From Azolla caroliniana (Eukaryota; Plantae; Polypodiophyta), in assembly GCA_043228905.1 (NCBI GenBank), contig JBHGNT010000015.1, positions 2,418,001-2,482,000 of the forward strand: a DNA stretch of 64,000 bases, written 5' to 3'. The notes under the pieces were generated by a model that saw only the letters and a list, made by a program, of their open reading frames with translations, ran no database searches and was not told the DNA's origin. How positions within the stretch are numbered: the first letter of the stretch is position 1; every line of letters starts with the position of its first letter. This document shows, one piece after another, positions 53,440 through 64,000 of the stretch. Position numbers and translations under genes: made by a program.

Positions 53440-54715
53440 GGAGTCTTTGATAGTGGAAATGTCTGAGAGTGGTTTTAATTCGAACATGGTCAACTTCATA
53501 ATGATTGTGATGAGTCGAATGGTACAAAAAAAGTGTGACTAACATTTCTTGAATGGACCAAGAAAGGATGGAAAAGTATCTTAGTATTTATAATTATTAA
53601 GAGAGTTTGAGGATAAGTACAACCAGTTCTTGGTGAGGGATCAAACGCTTCTCCAGTCAGAGAAGGTACATTTGTTTCTTTGGACAACAAACAAATCATT
53701 CAGAAAAGATCTAGCAATCTTTCTAGAGGATTGAACAAGCACAATTGGATTTGTGTCCAATTGGGCCAAGGTCCTAGAGGCTTGTCATACACTTCAAAGA
53801 AGGGCATTGCGAAAAGCTCAAAGAAGGTTATTACAAGAGATTGCCCAACACATGAATCAACTACTCAAGTGAGAGGAGAAAAAGGAAAAGAATTAGAATC
53901 ACTAATTGACTAGCTAATCAAAGGCATGAAGGATTTGTAGTTGAGGTTCACCAAGTTAGAGAAAATTGAAAGATCGAGTCAACGAAAGCCTAAGGAAGGA
54001 CAAAAAGAAAATTTCACATGTCGATGAATATGGTGCGATAACACTAAATAGGAGAAGATGGACCACACGAGTTATGAAGAGGCTCTTTGTAGGAAGATTC
54101 ATCTGTCGGAAACTCAACAACCTCTTAGATTCAACTCAGGAAAATGCAAAATTGAAGAAGTTAATGGAGGATATTTAAGCCAAGAGGATACAATCTATTT
54201 ACTATTTGACAATGTCCCGGTTAAAGGTAGGTGATATTCATATTGGTATTGGCTTTTGGATATTGGATATTGGATATTGGTGATTAATAATGCAAGTAAA
54301 GGAAAGGTCCGACCATAGAACTTAAAAAACATTGATGATGTGATTTGAACTAGTACTAGGTGGAACGACCCAATGGGTACATTAACAACATTTGCAAAAC
54401 TTGTTGGGGTGAATTCCCATGAAGTTCTAGTAGAAGCGAAGAGAAAAAGAACGAAGGAAGTTGGGACTTCTCAAATGTCCCAAACCATGGAGCAGAAAAG
54501 AAGAGAAATAGAGAAATTAATTGTAGAAGAAAAATCAAAGCAAAAAACAATCTTGACATTCAAGTTAGCCTTAGACATATTGGAGATTTTAGAAACTAGG
54601 ATCATTGATAGTAAAGTAGACCTTACTCTCAAAAAACAATTAGGAATTGTGAAGAAAGAGGCAAGTGGCAGATGAAGCTAGAGGAATTAATTCAGTTAAA
54701 ATCCCAAAAAATAAG
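53440..54715 (+). pseudogene. Decayed Gypsy gag-like fragment
   Basis: LIKGMKDL*LRFTKLEK followed by a degenerate xWCD..YEEAL knuckle, and a later ILETRIIDSKVDLTL..LGI segment. Confidence 0.45.
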
Positions 54716-56794
54716 TGCAACGACTGAGCGACTGAAAAGCTGCATGGTGCTTGCCCAAATGTAAGTGTTGAGCGGATAAGCTAAACCAGATCCGGATCGG
54801 TATCCGGAACCAAGAGCTGGATCGGAGAGACGGATCAAATTGTAAACTGGTAGGCTATTAGAGGCCCATGATCTTAGCCTAGGATGTAGGCATATTTCTT
54901 GGTGTTAGTGTCAGTCACTCGTATGAGCATTGAAGTACATGTCAGTACTTCTGTCAATCCCTTTAAGGACTTGTATAAAAGTGCTCACTAAGCACATTGT
55001 ATGTACAGAGTGATATTTTGAAATTGAGTTTAAGTTGTTCTGCTCTCTCTGTCTCTCTCCCACGTACACTCTCTGTGTGTGATTAAGCTTTCCATTAAAC
55101 CTGTATATATTTTCTATTGCTATCCGGTGAAGCCGATTTCGTCTACAAGCTTCTGCACACAATTCTTTTCATGGTATCAGAGCGCAAGGGTTGAAAATCC
55201 TCAGCTGTCGACAAAAAGCGCTAAGTAGACAAGAAAACCTAACTTCCGGAAAAGAGAACGGACTGAACAAAAGAAAGGATAGAGGGATGGCAAGTTCGCT
55301 TCTGACGGAAAAGCTCGACAAAAGAAATTAGGCATCTTGGTCTTACAAGATGCACTAGTACTTGCTCGGACACGGATACTGGAGCTATGTCGAGGGGGTG
55401 AATGAAGTAGCGTCGGAGTCGGCACACAAGGACTTCCCGACATGGGAGCAAGAAGTGAGCAGAGTGTTGTACTGCCCTGCGTCCTGTGTGCACAATCAGA
55501 TGCTCAGCTACATTAGTGACACGAATTCACCGAAAGAAGCCTAGAAAAATCTGAAGAAGATTTTGCCGCCAACAGCACAACTCGGAAGTTGTAGCTCCAG
55601 CAAGAGGTCAACAATATCCGGCAAAGGGACATGTCGGTTACCGACTACACCACCAAGATAAAGGAGATCTGAGACGTGCTCGGTTCCATCAACGTGATGG
55701 TGGATGAAGATGATATGGTTCAGATCTACCTTGGTGGTCTAGCACAACGGTACGGGCCAATCCGGATGATGATTTGCATCCAGGAGAAACCACCGTCCTT
55801 CTTCGACTTGCAATCGATGCTGATGGTCGAAGAAAACCATGTGAGTGGGTCGAGGACCACTCAATCAGACAACTGAATGCTGTACATGGAGGTGGATCGG
55901 CCCCATGGGTGTGCAGGACGAGGTGGGTTGGCATGCAATAGCGACGACCGGCAACAACAGAATCAGAGGCACAGAGATTGTGTCGACAATAGTTCCAGAC
56001 CCTCCACAAGCAGGGAGAGTCAAGGCAGCGCCGAAAATCGGCAATCGAAAGCTGACATAGAATGTTGGTACTATGGCAAGAAAGGCCACCGGGAGAGCGA
56101 GTGCTGGAAGAAGCACGCTGATTCAGATAAATCTGGATCTGGTAAGGTCAGACAAGGAAATCAACACAACTCGCACTAGTACGCAGAAGGATCCGGAACC
56201 GGAAAAACCGGAAAAGGGCTAACCTTTGTGATGAAACACAAGGCGAACTCGATGAAGAAGACAACTTCCGGATCGGAGGAAGTGTGGTATGTTGACTCCG
56301 GAGCGTCTAACCAGATGACGAACCACTAAGAGTGGTTCTCATATCTAGAAAAACCAGAGCAACCGGGAGTTGTCAAAACCGGAGACGACACTCCTCACCC
56401 GATCGAGCATGTCGAAGAAGTCCCTTTAAGCCATGTCGGACAAAAGGGAAAGCTGATGAACGTACTACATGTTCCAACAATTACGAAGAGCCTGGTGTGG
56501 TCGGACAAATTGTGGGTGCTTCATCGAGGAAGAGGGCCATATCATTGCGTAAGGGCGCCGGGACGGGAGGATGTTCATCCTCGACACCAACGAAGTAGCC
56601 ACCGCCTTGTTCGCAAAAGGATAGAAAGTCGAGTCAGATATTGATTTGTGGCACAAGCGGATCGACCACGTCAATTATCAAAGGCTTCAAGATCTGCAAT
56701 CAAAATAGGTGGTTTTCAGATTGCCGAAATTCAGTAACCGGAAGGCCCAAATTTGTGAAGCTTGCCAACTCGGGAAGCAACACCGGCTTCCGTT

Positions 56795-57789
56795 TGTTAT
56801 TGTACGCGATGTACAAAGAGTTGAGTGAGGGTGAAGAAACTTACTATTGTTGTATGTATGATTATGAGTGTGAATGTAAGTGTGAGTGTGAGTGGACAGA
56901 TAAGAAGATGTGTGAGTGAATGATTAGTGTGAATGGCCAAGGGGGCCTGCATCCCTATGTATCTACCCCTCTTGCAACTATTTAACCCCCTTATGGGGAA
57001 TGAATGAAAAAGAAATACGTTGTCGAGATATTATGCAAGTGCGTGTGGAATCGAGGCGGGACCGCGGGGGTCTCGGACCAAAGAGCAAGCAAGGGAGGAG
57101 AAAGAGAGAGAACCGGCTACGCAGGACCGGGGATACACAGGGACACGGCCCTTCAGCACGGAGAACGCGGACAGAGACCGACACAGACAGATGTGAATGA
57201 CTTAATATGTATATTAAGAAAATGGCTAATCACGACTACAACCCTCGACGGGGCACAGGTTGGTTACAACCGAACAGGCCGGCGAACAGATGCCGATGCC
57301 TGTTCACTTCGACGCTCAAAGGGGCTGCCGGAAGCACTCGGGCGTTCCTCGAAACAGCGCGAGCCTCCTCGGAACCCTGCACAGAAAACTATGGAGCTCG
57401 AGAAGGAAGGAAAACAGAGAGAGAAGCGTCCAGAAACGGTCCGACAGCACTTCGTCCTCTCCCCGCGAGATGCCTGCAACAGCTCTTTCCTCCTCTTTTT
57501 ATAGCCCGACGAGCAGGCCGTCATGTCAGCTTTATTCCCTGTCCCTTTTGGACAGGGATCCACTCCGTTTTTCACGCATCCGCGTAGTTACGCCGCCGAC
57601 TCGTACAGTTCGCGCGCGCGACCGAAAAGACTGTTCGCGCGGTCTTTGTCTCCACTTGAGTTAGGGCCCGTTCCTGCCGATTATCCTCCCAATTAACTTC
57701 TATGTACAACTTGGAGCGTGCGCGCGTGAAGAACCGGTTCCCACGCCTTGGTGCGCCGATTCCGCCTATGGACGGTTTTCTTCACGACA
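56795..57789 (-). mobile_element. Solo LTR inserted into the Copia element
   Basis: TGTTATTG...CACGACA termini with flanks CCGTT/ACGTT (4/5 TSD). It interrupts the Copia frame at KQHRLPF. Confidence 0.65.
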
Positions 57790-57800
57790 ACGTTCTCTCT

Positions 57801-57832
<32 letters not shown>

Positions 57833-57835
<3 letters not shown>

Positions 57836-58223
57836 GTTAGAGCCCATCCCGATATCTGCCATTCAAACCATTGCTTCCATGTGACTTTGCTCGCACGCAT
57901 TATGATGTGAGACGGGGCGTTGGGGCACAAATGATAAGAGTGGCCGACTATGCACACTTTGCCCTAAACAAGTTTGAGAGTCTGAGTATCACACTTTGAT
58001 ACAATGCTCTGCCTTTGATCATATTCGACCATGCTTTCCACATCTCTTCGATCGAGCCCAATCCTTGCATGAATTTCTCTCAAACCACGATGTGCACTCT
58101 CGATTGCAACATTCATTGGTAAGGTTCTTGAACATCGAGAGTCGCTATTCACCTTCACACGTATCACGTGAAATGTAATATTTTTGGTCTCATAGGTCAT
58201 ATTTGACCTCCGAAGACGATAAT

Positions 58224-58278
<55 letters not shown>
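57833..58278 (+). mobile_element. 5'-truncated RTEX-like LINE 3' end lying within (CT)n
   Basis: ..CSHAL*CETGRWG..RLCTLCPKQV*ESEYHTLIQCSAFDHIR..; ends GAAGACGATAATATAA(TC)n, like the LINE at 22546-27250. Confidence 0.8.
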
Positions 58279-58279
<1 letters not shown>

Positions 58280-58281
<2 letters not shown>

Positions 58282-59352
58282 ACACCTTTTCTCTTCTCTC
58301 TCCCTCTCTCACATTGAACCTCCCTTGGGAGGGGGGTGGAGCCATTCTAGGCACCAGCCCCCACCCACAATGCTTCTCAATGCACATCATGTTATCACCC
58401 CGCAATAACTATCATTTCTATCGTCGCTCGTCATCACACCCACCATGTCTATCTTCATCATCAATCATCATCATTATCGTAATACTTAACCCTAACCCTA
58501 AAACATATAACACTATTTTGGCACGTCCGGTGGGACAGTGCATTGCACGTTGAACCCACGGGTTAGCTCCTTCAGTCTTCATCGAGTATGTCCAATATAC
58601 TTTGATCCAATGGTTCGAGCAGTTCCTTCTCTATCTCATGTTGTTGTTGTTGCTCCGGTTGTTGTTGTTGTGCCGTCATATCGATAATCGTATGTCGTGT
58701 GTTCCTCATTTGTCTCTCTGTCTGGCCCATTCCTTCCATTGTTCATCATCTTCCAACGCCGTCGCCACCGTCGCCATTGTCTTTTGTTGCCGACAGAACA
58801 ATGCTGCTGATGACATCCGACCTGTTGTAGGTCGCCACCGTGTGCATAGCCGCAAGCATAGAGGAGGATTTGTCAAAAATGATAATGGATGATCATTCAG
58901 AGAGGGTGGAAGAATTGTCAGGTTAATTGGATGGACAATGCATAAATTGTTGTTTCTTGAGACAACCTTGCATCATCCATATTCTTCTTTGCATCACCTT
59001 CTTCTCCATGATCACTTCTTGATCCTTGACCAGAGTGAATGTATGGATGAGACCAATTCTTTTGTTGTTAACACATTGATGGCTTCTTGGCGATGGGGGA
59101 TTTCCACACAACAACAACCAGACTCACAAGTTCAACGACCAGATCAACAACTAGAGCAACAAACAGAGACGGAGAGAATGGGACCTGGGTCGGAGCCAAA
59201 AGAGAAGCAACTGGAGCCATAGACGCAACAAAAGGAAACGGAAGAAGAGCCACTTGAGCCACTTGACCAAAGCATCCTGGACATACTCGACGAAGAATGA
59301 AGGAGCTGACCCATGGGTTCGACGTGCAATGCACTGTCCCACGGGTGTGCCA
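58280..59352. mobile_element. Two converging Tat-like fragments, each starting at a tRNA-Arg-type PBS
   Basis: LTR-like end TAACA at 58512, then TGGCACGTCCGGTGGGAC (58519, +). The reverse copy TGGCACACCCGTGGGAC ends at 59352 (-). The leaders are homologous for more than 100 bp. Confidence 0.65.
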
Positions 59353-59354
59353 TG

Positions 59355-59875
59355 TGTTGGCCTATAAGAGTATGCGCCAGAGGCGGAGGTGTGGACTGGA
59401 AAAAGTTAAGGCTGGATGGATAATATTAATATCGATAATTATTATTAAGGAAATGATGGATCCCGATAGTTGTACCGATCCGGATCCGCACCATTTTGTA
59501 GCTGATTGCCGGATAAGCACCGTTTCGTATCGTTCTACCCGATGCCTATATAAAGGATCCGGACCAATGTATCTTTATGGAAGTAATGTAAGCTAAGTAT
59601 TAATTTTGCTACTCCATTGTCTATCTGTATGTTCTCTTGTATACTTGTTGTCTGTGCGATAACTAGTGATCTTATGCGTGTGATTAAGTGTCAGATACGT
59701 TGTATGTGTTCCAGAAAGTAACCGGATAGTGTTAAGTGTATGAGTGTTGAATCATCATCCATATCTCCGACCACCCCTTTGGATGTGTATTCCGGAAGGG
59801 AATACTCCATGTTAGCGGCTAAGTTCAGTCTAGACGGTTGCTTACCTACAGAATCAGACTTCTGTAAGTGGTGGA
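59355..59875 (+). mobile_element. LTR-like fragment of another element
   Basis: Starts TGTTGG and has a CTATATAAAGG TATA-like box. No clean 3' end or TSD. Confidence 0.4.
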
Positions 59876-61909
59876 GTGTCACCACATGAACTGTATTTTG
59901 GGAAGAACCCGAATCTGGGACACTTGAGGGTGTTCAACAACATTGCCTATGTGCATGTGCCGAAGGAGAAGCAGAACAAGCAAGACACGAAAGCTGAGAA
60001 GTGCATTCTCGTCGGCTACTCGGACGACTAGAAGGGTTATAAATGTTATAACCCCCAAACCAAACAGGTTTGGGTCAGTCGAGATGTCATGTTTCATGAG
60101 TCAACATCATGGTACTTGCCTTTGTCTCCAACCCTAGACAACTCCATTCTGATCTCTGAGGATGAGGTCAGTGAGACCGAAATGCCTCTAGAAGAAGAAG
60201 AATTTGGAGCTCTAGAAGAGAGTGTTATCTCATTCCGGTGGGTCAAATGAGAGACTAAGTCGGAATGATCAGTCGGATGAGGAGCCGGTGAGTAGTGGAG
60301 ACTCGACCGTGCTGTCCCCACGTCGGAAGCCAAGGAGACGGCTTACGCACAAGGATAAAGGAAAGATGAAGATGCTGGAGTACGACATAGACAAGGTAAA
60401 GTCGGATCGGAGTGAATCCAACTCCAGAAAGCATGAAGATGGACCTCTGAAGAAGAGGTCAAAGTTGGCCAAGAGGGCAATCAAATCGGTAGAGCAGAAA
60501 TTGCGTGGATCTACCCGTCAGAAGCACCCTGTAGTTCGATACGTATATAACGACTATATGGCGCATCACTATGCATACATGACAAAGGTGGCGGAAGTGC
60601 GTGGGCTGGAGAGCTATGCATAAGCGACAAAGGACGCAAACTGGCATGCCGCTATGGAGGAAGAGATGCACGCTCTCGCAGAGAACGAAACATGGGATAT
60701 GGTTGACGTTTTGAAGGGAGTAAAGCCGATCGGGTGCATATGGGTGTACAAGGTCAAGTACAACACCGACGACTCCGTCAACTGATACAAGGCCCGGTTA
60801 GTGGCGAAGGGCTATGTGCAACAACACCGCATCGACTACGATGACACGTTTGCGTCGGTTGCGAAGATGACGACCGTTCGTGTCTTGCTTGTGGTAACCG
60901 CGACAAAGGGATGACATTTGCAGCCGATGGATGTGAAGAACGCGTTCATGCAAGGAGAACTTGATGAAGAGTAGTACATGGTGCAACCACCCAGATTTCA
61001 GTCTAGATTGAACACGTCAGCTGTTTGCCGATTGAATAAATTCCTTTACGGATGAAAGCAAGCCCCGCGTACTTGGAACACGAAGTGACTGCACCAGATG
61101 GTGTTGGCTACATCCATGTCAGACTCTTCACTCTTCATCCAACAAGGTCGGAATGGGCCGGTAAGTATTTTACTCTATGTTGATGATCTAGTCATCACCC
61201 ACGCTGATTCAGATGAAATCGGAAGCGTTAAGTCCGAGTTAGTTGCATAGTTCGACATGAAGAACCTAGGGGACCTTCATTACTTCCTCAGGATCGAAGT
61301 GATCCGTACCCCCGAAGGCATATTGATCAGCCACCGACATTACGTCTTGAGTATGCTCTTCAAGTTTTGAATGACAGAGTGCAAATCCGTCTCAACTCCT
61401 CTGGATAGGAGTTTGAAGCTTTGCCCCAAATCTGGAACGACATGCGACCCCAAATGGTTCCGAAAAATAGTTGGAAACCTTATATACTTGACCATCACCC
61501 AACCAGACCTTAGCTACTCAGTCAACTTGATCAGTCAATTCATGTCTCAGCTGACCACAGAACATCTTTAGTGCGCGCAACGAATACTCCAGTATGTGAG
61601 CGCCACTAAGGATAGGGGGTTGCTATATCAGACTGGTGTACCCGAAAAATTAGTCAATTACACGGATTCCAATTGGGTTGGAAATGCCAATGATCGCAGG
61701 TCTACATTGGGCTTTGCCTTTTCACTTGGAAGCATCGTGATCGCCTAGAGCAGCAATCCGATCGAGGCTTGAGTCTGTCTCGATCCCTTCGCTTGGGGGT
61801 GGTCGGGTGGATCGGCACCCTTCTTTCTCTCTCTCTCTCTCCTTTCTATCTAGATCTATATTCTATCCTTATCTAATGCTTACATTAGTTCATGTCTCTA
61901 ATAGAGATG

Positions 61910-62671
61910 ATAGCTGCAAGATCCTTGTTGTAGACCGGATAATTGATTTCCAAGGCTGTAAACTTCCAAGAGTAGAAGGCGACCAAATGCAGGGGGCCAT
62001 CATCGTCAGGTTGAGACAAGACCGCACCTATGGCAAAGTCAGAGGCGTTGGTTTCAACCTAGAAAGGGAGGGTGGAGTCGGCGTGGACTAACACGGGCGC
62101 GGAGAGAAAATCTGCTTTGAGGGCATTAAAAGCATTGTGTGCCGCGGGAGTCCAAAGAAATGGAGTATCTTTTTGGGTAAGCTGGATGAGAGGTTGGACT
62201 AGGGAAGAGAACCCCTCTATAAATCGTCTATAAAAATTTGCAAAACCAAGAAACGATTGTACCTGTTTCAGCCGAGTCGGGAGAGGCTAATCAGTGATTG
62301 CGGCTACCTTGCGTTCATCCATTGTGATCCCGGTATGTGAGATCATGTAACCTAGGAATTTGACAGAGGTCCTATCGAATTCGCATTTCTCACTTTTGGT
62401 GAAGAGCCCATATTCCCAGAGTTTGGTGAACTAGCCAGACGTGGTGTGTGTGCTCCTCCCAGTTGGAAGAAAAAACTAGGATGTCGTCAAGGTAGATGAC
62501 CACGAAATGATCAAGATACTCTCGAAAAATATCGTTCATCATGTGATGGAAGACGGCTGAAGCGTTCGTAAGGCCGAATGACATCACTTTGTACTCGAAA
62601 TGTCCATAGCGCGTCCGAAAGGTCATTTTCCACTCGTCCCCAGGCTTGATGCGCAACAAATTGTAGGCACC
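61910..62671 (-). pseudogene. Chromovirus-type (Tcn1/Tf2-like) Gypsy RT-RNase H fragment
   Basis: [79 protein letters not shown]...EINY. Confidence 0.85.
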
Positions 62672-64000
62672 TGTTGAGAGACAAGCTCAACATCGGCCAG
62701 ATCGGCTGAGCAAGCCGAGGACTGGATCGATTGAGACCGATCGGTTAGGCCAGACCGGTGCGTAAAACAGATGCGTAAACCGGTACGCAAACCGGTGCGT
62801 AGGAAGGACGTATCGGTGCGTAAACCGAAAGGCCGTTAGAAAGATATTCCTCGTAAGGAATAGTTTTGGGAGTAAGAGTCAAGGCTCATTTATGAGCAGT
62901 CAAGTATTGTCAGTACTTGTGCCAGCCCGATTGTCAGGGCTTGTATAAAAGTGCTCATTGAGCACATCCTATGTACAGATTGAGCATTATTTTTTAATTA
63001 AGTTCTTGTGTTTACTCTCTCTTTGTCTCTCCCGTGTGTACTGTGCAAACCTAAGCTTTCCATTAAACCTGCGTTTTCTGTTGTTCGTTTTTTCTATATT
63101 GCTTCCGCACGCCATTCCTTTCATGGTATCAGAGCGCGAGTGTTGAGAACCTCTGCAATCGACTTTGCTTGAAGGAAAAACCAATGAAGAAGAACAAGAA
63201 AACCGATGGACAGAGGAATGGCTAGCTTGCTTCCGACGGAGAAGCTCGACAGAAACAACTACGCGTCTTGGTCTTACAAGATGCACCAGTACATGCTTGG
63301 ACACGGTTACTGGAGCTATGTCAATGGTGCAAATGACACAGTACCCGATTCGACACACAAAGACTTCCCGGTGTGGGAATAATCGGCGAGCAGAGTGTTG
63401 TACTGCTTCGCGTCTTGTGTGGGTGAACAACTGTTAAGCTACGTTCGGGATGCAAAAACGCCGAAGGGTGCATGGGAAAATCTAAAGAAGATTTTCGCCG
63501 CAAGCACCACAACTAGGAAGCTTCAGCTCCGACAAGGGTTGAGCAACCTACGACAACACGATTTGTCGGTGGCTGACTATACCTCGAAGATCAAGGACAT
63601 ATGCGACTCCTTAGCTTCCATCGATGTGAACATCGAGGAAAGCGAGATGGTCCAAGTCTGTCTCGGGGGTTTGGCGTCAAAGTTCGGTGCGTTCCGAACT
63701 GGTGTGTGTACCCGGGAGAATACACCGTCCTTTTTCGACTTACAATCGATGCTCTTGGTAGAGGAGAACCACGCGGGTGCGTCAACGAGCATGCACACCG
63801 ATAGCAAGATGTTGTACACGGAGGGAGATAGGCTCCGTGGTCGTGGCGGACGAGGCGAGTCGGTACGCAATGGAGGCGGCCGACGGGATCAAGGAAGAAG
63901 GCACCGAAGTGATGCCGACAGCAATTCCGGACCCTCCGGAAACAGGGAGAGTCGAGGCGACAAGAACCGGCAAGGGAAATCCGCCGCGGAATGCTGGTAT
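62672..64000 (+). mobile_element. Second Copia element of the same family (5' LTR 62672-63123, PBS 63124-63135, gag from 63218); runs off the right edge
   Basis: TGTTGAG..TTTCA LTR, TGGTATCAGAGC, and gag MASLLPTEKLDRNNYASWSYKMHQY.. similar to the gag starting near 55287. Confidence 0.92.

Larger units (their letters stand above)
54766..61756 (+). mobile_element. Ty1/Copia element, 3'-truncated and interrupted (56795-~59875); integrase core missing
   Basis: LTR 54766-55171, PBS TGGTATCAGAGC (55172-55183), gag (..EKLD..SWSYKM, CWYYGKKGHRESEC), PR WYVDSGAS, LWHKR/CEACQLGKQ. It resumes at ~59877 with SPHELYFG..GHLRVF, then RT ([21 protein letters not shown]) and the start of RH. Confidence 0.9.

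Noticed and set aside
62672-63123. This LTR as the 3' LTR of the Copia at 54766
   Set aside because: It is followed by its own PBS and gag, is clearly diverged from the first LTR, and is separated from it by a Gypsy fragment.

Overview
Eukaryotic nuclear DNA from a land plant; the TE mix suggests a seed-free plant such as a fern (inference). There are three intron-containing host genes: the 5' part of a D-cysteine desulfhydrase (- strand, runs off the left edge), a CPK16/18/28-type calcium-dependent protein kinase (+, 31193-35042) and a leishmanolysin-like M8 metallopeptidase (-, 38604-44266). Most of the rest is nested, decaying retroelements. (1) A ~4.8 kb Penelope-like element (-) has no recognisable GIY-YIG endonuclease, carries a minimal type I hammerhead ribozyme in its 3' region and ends on a (CT)n microsatellite. 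(2) A full-length Athila/Tat-type Ty3/Gypsy element (8922-27654, TSD GGAGA, tRNA-Asp PBS) encodes a second aspartic protease in frame after integrase, plus a long extra ORF. (3) An RTEX-like LINE sits in that element's 5' LTR, and a solo LTR sits in the LINE. (4) The right-hand region holds a probable CACTA relic and a cluster of Copia, Tat, Tcn1-like and LINE fragments. The most notable observations are the ribozyme-bearing, endonuclease-less, microsatellite-anchored PLE; the dual-protease Gypsy; a covarying 3' stem-loop shared by two LINEs that also end at (CT)n; and three GC-AG introns in the CDPK. All family assignments come from reading motifs by eye, not from database searches.
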